DNA of 64,000 nucleotides from Dictyostelium discoideum (Eukaryota). The notes beneath the pieces are model-generated. The model saw only the letters and a list, made by a program, of their open reading frames with translations, was not told the origin of the DNA and did not search any database. The DNA lies in NCBI GenBank assembly GCA_000004695.1, contig CM000153.2, positions 1,152,001-1,216,000 of the forward strand. Reading direction: 5' to 3'. Positions within the stretch are counted from its first letter, which is position 1; the number at the start of each line of letters is the position of its first letter. Made by a program: the position numbers and the translations under genes. Below, in pieces: positions 1 through 11,214 of the stretch.

Positions 1-349
1 TAATGATTATTACTATTATTACATACCAATTAAGAAATCACCATCAGAGTTATAAAAGGATTTATTTTCCATACTCTTTGTTGCTGTATAAATATGAATT
101 GCAAGACCATGACGTACTGATGCATGACCAGCACCAGCGATTGTAATGAGACCCTCAACGAAATCGTGTGGTTTATCTTCTGTAATTGGGAATGGTTTCC
201 ATCTTAATTGATTTGGATCAACATGTAAATTATTTAAATCACAAACTAATCCTGAATCAATTGGTTTAAGTGGTGTATGACAAACTGATGGTCTAATACG
301 ATATAACCATCTATTATTTTATTTTATTTTATTGTGTTTAAAGAAAAAG

Positions 350-408
<59 letters not shown>

Positions 409-640
409 TTGTTAGAAAATATATACGTATACTAGATGAAATAAATATAAATACGTACGATCTTTGTTGGGTATGTCTTGGTGCTGTGAAAGCATTACCA
501 GAGAGTTGTTCAGCATATAAATCGAGTGGACAATTTTGTGGTGCATTTCTTCCCTTTGGTAATGTTCCTTTAATTGCTTCACTTTCAAAGGAATTACCAA
601 ATCCACTTTGATATTCATAATCTATTTGTTCTAATGCCAT
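1..640 (-). CDS. hgd: homogentisate 1,2-dioxygenase, 5' part of gene (exon 1 640..459, exon 2 310..27, rest beyond window start)
   Basis: Minus-strand ORF 338..640 begins [61 protein letters not shown], which aligns with the HGD N-terminus (human ...ISGFGNECSSE...[39 protein letters not shown]). A GTACGT donor lies at 458..453 and a TAATAG acceptor ends at 311. Exon 2 (310..27) reads [16 protein letters not shown]...[40 protein letters not shown] and matches the HGD core. A GTATGT donor at 26..21 means the gene continues past coordinate 1. Confidence 0.85.
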
Positions 641-1652
641 TTATTTGTTAATATATATTGTATTTGTTTTTTATTATTATTGTTATAATTATTATTATTA
701 TTATTATTATTATTGTTAAAGAAAAAAATAAAATAAAATTTTTGAAATTTCTGTCTTATTTTTTTTTTAAAATTTTTATTATTTTTTGTTTTTTTTTTTT
801 TTTATTTTTTTTTTTATTTTTTTTTTAATTTAATTTTTATTTTTTAATTTTCAAAATATCTTTGAACGAAAGCGATAATTGGATTAGTTTTCATTTTTGG
901 CTATCTTCTATTTTTTTTTATATTTTTTTTATTTTTTTTATTTTTTTGATTACTCACATTAAGATTATATACAATCAAAAAAAGAAATTTCGTTTGTGTG
1001 TCGATTTTGGATTCTTTTTCAAAAAAAAAAAAAAAAAAAAAACAAGGTTTATTTTATAACTTAATTTTAAAATTTAAATATCTGGGTTAAAAAAAAATAA
1101 AAAATTAAAAAATATAAAACTAGAAAAAAAAACTAAAAAACTAAAAAACTAAATAATAAAAATAGAAAAAGGAAAAAATAAAATAGATCAAAAGAAATTA
1201 TTTTAAAAAAAATAAAAAAAAGGTATAAAAAAAGTGGAAAAATGAAAAAATTATATCAGTAGTTTTATAAGACCTTTGAGGTATAAGTTTTTTTTTTTTT
1301 TTTTTCTGTTTAAAAAAAAAAAATAAAACTAAAAAAAGGAAAATATTGGAATCCTTTGGTATAAGTTCCAAAATAAAAAAAAAAAAAAAAAAAAATTGCT
1401 TTTGGAATATTCCAACCTTTTTTTTTTTTTTCAAATTTTTTTTTTTTTTTTTTTTTTAATTTTAATTTTTCACACTTTATTATTAATTTCTTTTTTTTTA
1501 TTTTTTTTTATTTTTTTTTTATTTTTTTTTATTCATTTATTATTTTTTTTTATTTTTTTTTTTTCCTTATTATTAATAAAAACTAAAATTTTTTTTTTTT
1601 ATTTTTTTATTTTTTATATTTTCATACAAAAATAAATAAACAAATAAACAAA

Positions 1653-1687
<35 letters not shown>

Positions 1688-1702
1688 AAAAATAAAAAAT
1701 AA
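641..1702. promoter_or_regulatory. divergent intergenic/promoter region between hgd (-) and FYVE-esterase gene (+); poly(A)/poly(T)-rich
   Basis: About 1 kb of >90% A+T non-coding DNA with long homopolymer runs lies between two divergently transcribed start codons (640 on -, 1703 on +). No specific motifs were identified. Confidence 0.3.
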
Positions 1703-3501
1703 ATGTCAAATCCATTAAATTCCTCTTTGGCAGAAGAGGAGGAGGGCGAATTTGTGTCACCCTTTGCAAGAAGTGATAATATAAATACCACCACCACCAC
1801 TACAACTACATCAAATACATTATCATACCCAACTGAAGAGAAGCAAGAGGAACAATCATCACCATCATCACAACAACAAGAACAACCAACACAACCACAA
1901 AAACCAAAGAAAAAGAAACCAGCACAACCAAAAACAGATACAGATACATCAACAACTACTGAACCAGTTGCACCACCAGTAGCATCAAAGAAACCGGAAT
2001 GGGTACCTGATAACTCTTCAAATAAATGTGAAATGTGTAGTTCAACCTTTACATTCCTTAATAGAAGTATTTATCTATTTTTACTATAGTACAATTTTTA
2101 AAAAAAATCTAAATTCTAACACTATATAATTTTATTATTATTTTTACAATCAGGACATCATTGTAGAAGATGTGGACATTTATTTTGTGGAGATTGTTGT
2201 TCATTAAATACATCACTACCACAAGAATATGGATATACTGAAAGAGTTAAAGTTTGTTCAAAATGTTTTACAACTACAATTAACGAGAGAGCATTGGAAG
2301 AAACAACCATCACAATGAATATTGGTGGTGTTAGTAAAGAGACTAAAGTTGTTTCAGGTGTTCATAAATTATTATTATGGAGAATGGGTGCACATGACGA
2401 TGGAGAATTTAATAGAGATGTTTTTGATTCATATGAAAATCAACCATCAACCCCAATACCAGTATCAAGAGTGCAAGATCTTTATTTAGATGGAAATGAT
2501 TTAGATGTTCAAGGTTGTACAGGATTTAGAGTTAGAGTTTATAATCCAGCTTTAGAACCAGGTGAAAAACCAACTACCTATCCAATTTTAGTAAGTATTT
2601 AATTTATTTAATTTATAAAAGACAAGTAAAAATTTATAAATATTCTAATTATTAATATTATTATTATTATTAATTGTTATCTAATTAGATGTGGTTCCAT
2701 TCTGGTGGTTTTGTATCAAAATCAATTCAAACTCCATCAGTTGATGGTTTATGTAGATTACTTTCAAATCAATCAGTAAGTTTATCAAAATCATATATTG
2801 TTAATAATTATACATATTAATATGTTTATTTTGTTTTATTTATTTTTTTTTTTAAAAAAAAAAAGAGATGTGTTGTAGTATCAGTTGATTATAGATTAGC
2901 ACCAGAAAATATGTTTCCAGCAGCAGCTTTAGATTGTTTTGCAGCAACTTGTTGGGCAGTAAAGAAAGCAGCAACATTTGATGGTGATCCAACACGTATA
3001 GCAGTAGCAGGTGATAGTGTAGGAGGAAATTTAGCAGCAGCAGTAGCCTTAATGGCAAGAGATAAAGAGACACCAAGATTATGTGGTCAAGTTTTGGTTT
3101 GTCCAATTTTAGATTTAAAGAAAAACGAAGAGAAATATTATACACGTGTTGTACACAACGATGGTTATTTAATGCCGATGAGTTTTTTCAAATGGTTCTC
3201 TAGCAAATATTGCAGAGAGGCAGATATTGAAAATCCTTACGCATCACCTTTAAAGGCTGCCACTTCAACAAAGGCATTATGTGGTTTACCTGTAACTCAT
3301 ATGATCACCGCTGGTTTTGATCCATTTTGTGACGAAGGGGAACTTTATATTAAAAAACTTAGACAATCTGGCGTTAAGGTTTATCATACACGTTATACAA
3401 ACTCACCACATGGATTCTTTGCAATTGGTTTGGATGAATCAAATGAAGCTTTAATGGAAGTTTCAATAATTTTAAAATATATGTTTGGTTCTAAAAAATA
3501 A
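1703..3501 (+). CDS. FYVE zinc-finger + alpha/beta-hydrolase fold-3 (hormone-sensitive-lipase / arylacetamide-deacetylase-like) esterase; CDS join(1703..2066,2154..2590,2689..2775,2866..3501)
   Basis: Exon 1 ends ...WVPDNSSNKCEMCSSTFTFLNR at a GTATTT donor (2067). Exon 2 starts after CAG (2153) and continues RHHCRRCGHLFCGDCC...VCSKCF, the canonical FYVE RRHHCRRCG motif. Exon 3 (after GTAAGT at 2591 and TTAG at 2688) is MWFHSGGFVSKS..., carrying the HGGG oxyanion-hole motif. Exon 4 (after AAAAAG at 2865) is RCVVVSVDYRLAPE...GDSVGGNLAA...DPFCDEG...SPHGFF, giving the nucleophile GDSxG plus Asp and His of the catalytic triad. All junction phases check out. Total is about 507 aa. Confidence 0.8.
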
Positions 3502-3502
3502 A

Positions 3503-3533
<31 letters not shown>

Positions 3534-3676
3534 TAAAAATATTGCTATTATAAATAATAATGTATGTTAACAATCAATGAAATAAAAAAAAAAAAAAAAA
3601 AAAGATAAAAAAGAAAAAGTAATAAAAAATTTTTTTAAAAAACAAAGCAAATTATAGTTTTCTTTATAGTTTTATT

Positions 3677-4358
3677 TTATTTTCTATTAAATAAACTGAA
3701 TTTCTTTTTCTTTGTTGCAGTTACCGGGAATTGAAGAGGAGCCAAAGTAACATCAGAATGAGATACCTCTCTTTTGATTTTAAAAGGTTTGATAGTGACA
3801 ACAAAAGTGGATCCACTAACTAAATCGACTACTGCATCATACCAACCATCACCGCATTTAACTTTACATTCATCACCTACTCTCGGTGGTTGTACATTTA
3901 CAACAACTGATTCAACTTGTGGTACATTTGAATTGTTGAAAGAGAGACTAGAATTGGAACTTTGTTCATCTTCAATAATATCACTATCGTCATCATATTC
4001 ATCACCACTTTCATTATTATTATTATTATTAGTAAAACTACTTATTGGACTATTGTTATTAAAACTATTTGATCCACTATTTAAATTATTATTATTATTA
4101 TTATTGTTGTTGTTGTTGTTATTGCTATTATTATTATTATTATTATTATTATTGTTACTATTTGGATTTCTATCTAAAGATTGATTGAGTAATGAAAAAC
4201 TTGGTGCAATTGGTTGTGATGATTTTCTATTTGGTGTAAATTGATCTGAATTTGATATCTTTCTTGACGGTGATGTTCCAAGTACATTGTTAATATTATT
4301 TGTATTAATATTATTTGTACTATTAATATTATTTGTATTATTATTACTGTTACTATTT

Positions 4359-4444
<86 letters not shown>

Positions 4445-6750
4445 GTTTACATTATTATTATTTAAAGAATTTAAACTCTTATTTGAAGGTTCTTTTTGTA
4501 AAACTGGGATTGAAGTTTTCCCACTTCCTTTTTGTTTTAAACTATTATGACCACCTATTGTTACACTAGGATTTAAATGGTCCCCGTATGATAGTGCACC
4601 ACTAAGTGATACTGGCTGGGTTATTGATAAGTGAGTTTTTTCACTTGAAGTTCTTAAATACATATCTACATTGGTATTGCTACCTAAATTATTATTATTA
4701 TTATTATTATTGTTATTGTTATTATTATTATTAGTGTTATTAATATTATTATTAGTTAAATTATTTTGATTTGTGTACAAATGGAGATTACCACTAGATT
4801 GATAATAAGCTCCAAGGTTTTGATTTGATGCTGGTGTTGTTGTGGTAGTAGTTGTTGTTGTTGTTATATTTATATTGTTGTTATTGTTATTGTTATTGTT
4901 ATTATTATTAGTATTATTATCAGATTCCAATTCAAATTTAGTAGTTAATCTTGAATTCTTTGATAATGAAGATGGTGAAGATGATGCTGTAACTTTTAAA
5001 TTCTTTTCAAAATGTTCATGAAGGAATAAATCATTGGTTGGTGAATGTTGATCATCATCTGATGGTGGATGAAAGAAATCGTTGGTTAGTATTGAAGATC
5101 CTCTTTCTTTGTTATTTGATACACCAGAGGTTGAAGCTGATGCAGAGGAATTACTTAGTGATGGTGAATGAATTTGATGAGTCGATATGATTTTTCCAGG
5201 TGCAGTGAGTGGTGCAGATGAAGAACGTGTGTGATTAGTGTATGGTGAACCACTGCCACCACTTCCCAAAAGATTACCTTGACTAGATTCTTTATTCAAT
5301 AGCTCATTTGAACTATCCAATGAGGATTTTGAATTTAAGGTTGCATTTGCTAGGATTGGTGGTAATGGTGGTGGTGTTAAACCTAATTTAATCATATATT
5401 CATCTCTTTCCGTTACCAATTGAGAAATCATATCCTTCATTACCTTCTTCTCTTTCATTGCACGTAAAAAATGTAATTTCAATCTTTTGATTGTCTCTGT
5501 CATTTCTTTCTTTTGTGACTCCAATTGTTGAATACGATCATGGTCGCTGCCATTATTACTATTGGTTGTATCATCATCTGACTCTACATCATAACCTTCA
5601 GCATAAGTGTTGATTGATAGTTTCGACCCACTTCCACTAGATTTAATTCTTGATGGTTCAGGTGATGATGCTGGTTGTGATTGAGATGGTTCATGAATGT
5701 GCTGTTTTATCCATGGATGCTCTAAAAGTTGTGATGCTGTTGGTCTTTTATTTATATCTCTAACAAAACATGCCAATAAAAAGTGTTTTAAGTCTGCTGA
5801 TATATTATTTGGAATTGGTGGATGTGGATTATTAACCATTGCAAACATTGCTGGCATTGTTCCTAAATCCCAATATGGTGGATTACCCGTTAACATCTCT
5901 AATAATGTACAACCTAATGACCAAATATCACATGCTGTACTTCTTGCATTCATATCCATTTGTATAACTTCTGGTGCCACTATAAAATATATTAAAAAGA
6001 AAAAAATAAAAAAAAAAACATTATTAATATTTGACACAATCTATTTTCACTACAAGTCAATTAATATTATTTTTTTTAAAAAAAATAAACATACTCCAAA
6101 ATGGTGTACCAACAACTGTTAATTTTCTATCGATCGCTGAATAAGTACATGAACCAAAATCTGCTAATTTAATTACACCTTCTTTTGTTATGAGAATATT
6201 ATCGCTTTTTATGTCTCTATGAATTACACCTTTCTCATGAAGATATGCTAAACCTTTTAAAACTTGACTAAAGTATCTCGAGAGTAATGGTTCTTGAAAA
6301 CAACCATATCTCTTGGCAATCTTTGCCAATGATCCACCCTCTATAAATTCCAATGCAAAATAAAGATATCTTGAGGTTTCGTATGATTCTATAAACTTTA
6401 CAATGTTTGGATGTTGAAGTGTTTGCAATAATTTTATCTCTTGAATGATTGATGGTAATTGTTTCTCTGATATTATGGTTTTTTCAATCTGTTTAATTGC
6501 ACAGAAATCACCTGTTTCTGCATTTAATGCTTTAAAAACTTTACCAAATGCACCTTTACCAACAGCTTCTCCAATTTGCTAAAAATAAAAATAAAAAAAA
6601 ATTTAAATTTTAATTTTGATTTTGTTTTTTTTTTTTTTTTTTATTTTTTTAATAAAATAACTTTAGTATATTTCCATTGTATTTAAAACTATAAATATTA
6701 GTAATACATACATATTTACTAAAAGAGTCCGTTTCTTTTATTGTGTCCAT
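3677..6750 (-). CDS. Ser/Thr protein kinase, Cdc7(S. pombe)/Cdc15/septase-like, with long poly-N/S C-terminal extension; CDS join(6750..6712,6578..6095,5979..3677)
   Basis: Exon 1 is [13 protein letters not shown] with a GTATGT donor at 6711. Exon 2 follows a TTTTAG acceptor and reads [31 protein letters not shown]...HPNIVKF...[27 protein letters not shown]...VVGTPFW, ending at a GTATGT donor. Exon 3 follows TTATAG (ending 5980) and reads MAPEVIQ...[22 protein letters not shown]...HPWI, then about 600 aa of N/S/T-rich low complexity ending at 3677. Kinase subdomains I-XI are present. The best resemblance is to S. pombe Cdc7 / S. cerevisiae Cdc15 (GKGAFGxVY, HPNIVKY, [13 protein letters not shown], G(S/T)PYWMAPEVIE). 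This may be the Dictyostelium septase; the symbol is not asserted. About 941 aa. Confidence 0.8.
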
Positions 6751-7818
6751 TTTAGTATATGTGCGTATTTTTATTTTTCTATGTTTTTTATTATTATTAT
6801 TATTGTTATTATTATTATTATATACTTTTAATTTTTATTTTAATAAATTATTTGTTTTGAAACATCCAAAAAAAAAAAAAAAAAAACTATATGTAATTTT
6901 TTTCCTTTTTTTTTTTTTTTTTTCTTTATTTTATTTTATTTTATTTTATTTTATTTTTTACAAAAATATATTTAAAAAAGTATTTGAATCGGTTCCAATT
7001 GTAATCTATTTCGTTGTAATAGTGTAAAAAAATGGGGTCGCTTTCTTTTGTGAAGGTGATACAAATTTATTTGTATGTTTTTTGCTGAGAATTGAAAAAA
7101 AAAAAAAAAAAAAAAAAAAAAGTTAAAATTTAGTTTTTTTTTTAAAATTAAAAAAAAAAATAAAAAAAAAAAAAACCAATAAAAAAAAAAAAAACAATAA
7201 AAAAAATAAAAAAAAATAAAAAAAAATAAAAAAAAAAAAAATTTTTGATGGATAGATGAGGGGTGTTTGGTGTTGCCAATTGTTTTGGATATAAAAATTA
7301 AAAATTTTTTACAAACAAGCAAACAAGGGAAAGGAATAAATTAAATAAAAAAATAAAATAAAAATAAAACCAAAAAAAAAAAATTAATTTAATAGTACGA
7401 AAAATAGTAATAACTCTTATTATTTTTACTAAAAATATTGGGGTAAAAATGTATATTTTTAAATTTATTAATATATTTTTTTTTTTTAAAATTAATAATA
7501 CACAAAATATGGAAAATAATTAATTTGATGTGGCTAATAAATATAAAATATTTAATTATTTTAAATAAAATTATAAATTTTTTTATTTTTTATTTTTTAA
7601 AAAAACCATGTAAATAGATTTGTTAACTTTCATCACTATTTTTTAAAAAGGAAAAAAAAAAAAAAAAAAAAAATAATAAAATAAATAAATAAATAAATAA
7701 ATAAAATTAAAATAAAAATTAAATAATATATTTTTTAAAAATTACAATAAAAAATGTAATGTACATACATTTCAGTTAATGAAATAAATAAAATTTTATG
7801 AAAGAGTGAAAGTGTATC

Positions 7819-7849
<31 letters not shown>

Positions 7850-8699
7850 AGATAAAAAATTAATAACAATATTAAAAAAAAAAAAAAAAAAAAATAATAT
7901 AAATGAAAAAAAAAAAAATTCTAAAAATAATTATTACATATAATCTTAATACAGTGAAAATGTATTCGATTGTGACATGCAAAAATTTGTGAGTTTATTA
8001 CCACCATACCTTAAAGGGTGATTACTCATGTGGAAAAAAAAGCACCTCTTTATTTTTTTTTTTTATTTTTTTATTTTTTTTTTAATATTTTTTTTAACTA
8101 TGTGGGAATTTTATTCTTAATTTTTATTACTATTATAATTATTTCAAATATTAAAATTATTTTTATTAAAATAAATAATAATAGTAATAATAATAATAAA
8201 ATAAAAATATTAAGTTTTTTTTTTTTTTTTTTTTCCTTCTTTCGACTCTAATTCAATGAATTTTCAAAAATGATAAGAAATAGATTTTTAAGGTATTTTT
8301 GGTATTTTTCCAATTTGTTTTATTTTAAAATTTTTTTTTTATTTGTTGGAATTATATATAAAAGATAAAAATAATAAATATATATAATAATGAAGATGGT
8401 GGGATTTTTCCTTTTTTTTTTTTTTTTTTTTTTTACAAAAAAAAAAAAATTTATATCCAATTTAATCCCTTTTAAAATAAAATCTAAAAATTTGTTTTAA
8501 TTCAGAAATTAATGGAAATTTTCATTTTCAAAAAATTTTTTGTTAAATTGGCTAACTAAAAAAAAAAAAAAAAAAAAAAAAACCAAAAATTAAAAAAATA
8601 AATAAAAAAACTTTTTTATTTTTTTTTTTTTATTTAGTTATTTTATTGGTTGTGTGTTAAGACACACATAAAATTTACAATTAAATAAATTAATGAAAT

Positions 8700-11137
8700 A
8701 TGAATAAAGATAATAGTATTAATAAAAATAATGTAAACAATGATAATAATAATAATATCAATAATAATGTAATTAAAAAATTAAAAGAAGAAGTATCATT
8801 AAAGGTTAGATCATCAGTTGTAATAGTTTCATTGGAACAAGCTATTGAAGAGATAATATTTAATTCAATAGACGCAAGAGCAACAGTAATATCTATTTCA
8901 ATAAATTTATCGAATCTATCATTCGAGGTAAAAGATAATGGATTTGGATTGTCATATGAAAATTTAAAATTTGTTGGAGATCGTAATTGTACTTCAAAGA
9001 TCAACTCACTCTCTGATCTTAAATCATTAAAAACATTTGGATATCGTGGCGAATCATTAGCAAGTTTATCAAATATATCATCATTAGATATAATTTCAAA
9101 TTCATTTGGTTCAACCATTCAAAAATCAATTTCATTTGGCAAAGTTGACCAATTTAAAATTTTAGATAATAATAATAGTAGTAGTTGTGATAATAATAAT
9201 AATAATGTTAATAATAATAATATTAATAATAATAATAATAATTCAATAGCTAATGGCACAATTGTAAAGATTAGAGATTTATTTAAAAATTATCCTGTAA
9301 GAAGACAAGGTTTATATCATCCAAATTTAAAACTAATAATTAAAAAGAGAATTGAAATCATAGCTTTATCATTCCCAAAGATTGTATTCTCAGTTTATGA
9401 TGAAACAAAGAGTTTAACTATACTAAAAACACCAAAAGATACATCATTTCTTTCTTATTTCAAACATTTCTACGGTCAAGAGATGATGAATAAATTAGAA
9501 TACGTAACCTCTGAAAATTATAATAATACCACCAACAATAATAGTAGTTCTTACTATTTATCTGGTTATCTTTCTTCACCTCATAAAAAAGGTCATCCAA
9601 ATAAATCTTTTCAATATATTTGTAAGTTTTTTTTTTTTCTTGAACAATGAAAAAAAAAAAAAAAGAATTAATATTAATAATCAATTAATATATATATAAA
9701 AAGATTTAAATAATAGAATAGTTTTAAATACAAAATTACACAGACATGTTAATCAATTATATCAAAAGTATAGATTATTTAATGCAACCAGAAAAGCAAA
9801 CGCAAATGTATCAAAAATTGCAAAAAAAGAGGTGATTGATAGTAATCCAATATTCATACTATTTTTAAGATGCTCACAATTAGAATATGAACGTTCTTAT
9901 GAACCTTCTTCAAAAACATTTTTAGAATTTAATGATTGGAAGAAACCTTTGGCTGAAATTCAAAATGTTTTAACAAAATTTTTAACAAAACATAGATCTG
10001 ATGATGGTGGAAATTCAAGAGGTAAATCAATAACTACAACAGCACTACCATCATCTCAACCAAATAATTATGATGGAAAATCAACATCAACATCAACAAC
10101 AACAACAACAACAGCAGGTGATATTTCAATATTTGAAGATGATGATTTATCAAATGTTGTTCAAGACACCCAAGAAGATGATGGTGATGGCTTTGATATG
10201 GGATATAGCAGTAGTATCGATGAAGATGAAATAATGAGTTCTCAAAATGTTCGTGGTACAAGTGTTGACCAAGATAATAATATATATGAAAATGAAGATC
10301 ACCAAGGAATGCAAATTGGTTTTGATGATTTAGATAATAACCAAATCGATAGTAGTGAGGATGAGGAACATTTAAAAAGATTAAAAGAAATAGAAGAGGA
10401 AAAACAATACATTAATGATATTTTACCAGACTCTTTCTTTATGAATGATAAAAATGCAACAACAACTACCACAACAACAACAACAACAGGTACACCAACT
10501 AAAACAACAACAACTACAAATAATTCTATATCACCATTTAAAACAATCAAGAACATCTTCACAACAAACATCACCATTCAAATCTATAGTATCACCTTTA
10601 CAAATTTCTCCACCAAAAACAACTCTTTCGCAAAGTCAAATACAGAAATCATCACCTCTTAAACTATCAAATGTAAATAATCAAATAATTGACCAATCAC
10701 CACAATCTTCTTATGATGAATCAATAGAAGTTACACAACAACCATCTACTTTACCATTGTCTCCAATTCCTTCACCTCGTATTCATAGAAATATTCCACA
10801 CAATAAAAAAGATGATACTGCTTCCACATTACAAACAACAGATCCTTACGAGAGTTCGTCAAGGGATGTAACAGATTCTCGATCATCAGCGGATTCAGAT
10901 GCAACCATTTTAGATGATAGCCCACCTCCAAGACCACCAATATTCAATTTCCCACAAACTAAAAATTCAATACCCACAGATGAAAATCACTTTCATTCAA
11001 ACATAGAAGATCAAGAGGAAGAAAGAAGTGAAGATACAACCACAATGACTCCAACATCTAAATTAAACATATCATCCCAAACACCACCTACACTTCCACC
11101 AACTACCATTCCACATATCACAAATAACTCAACCCAA

Positions 11138-11214
<77 letters not shown>

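Noticed and set aside
4287-4569. Six-frame ORFs made of poly-L/poly-Y/poly-F/poly-I (also 14091..14472, 18951..19133, 24201..24643, 33483..33683, 49120..49353, 1198..1635)
   Set aside because: They are translations of (AAT)n/(ATT)n/(ATTT)n microsatellites, or the antisense of poly-N coding tracts. They have no start context and no complexity, so they are not genes.
6057-6428. ORF-track 'Met' starts at TTG/GTG (e.g. MQTLQHPN at 6428, MIDSNPIF at 9832, MIKLQRC at 33992, MGKILEF at 58307)
   Set aside because: The track uses a bacterial table with alternative initiators. In each case the frame continues upstream as Leu/Val inside an exon, so true starts were taken from ATG plus splice-aware reconstruction.
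10490-10589. Treating the 100-nt GTACAC...TATAG interval in mlh3 as a confirmed intron
   Set aside because: Its composition and donor are atypical for this genome. It is kept only as one hypothesis in the findings, not annotated as a feature.
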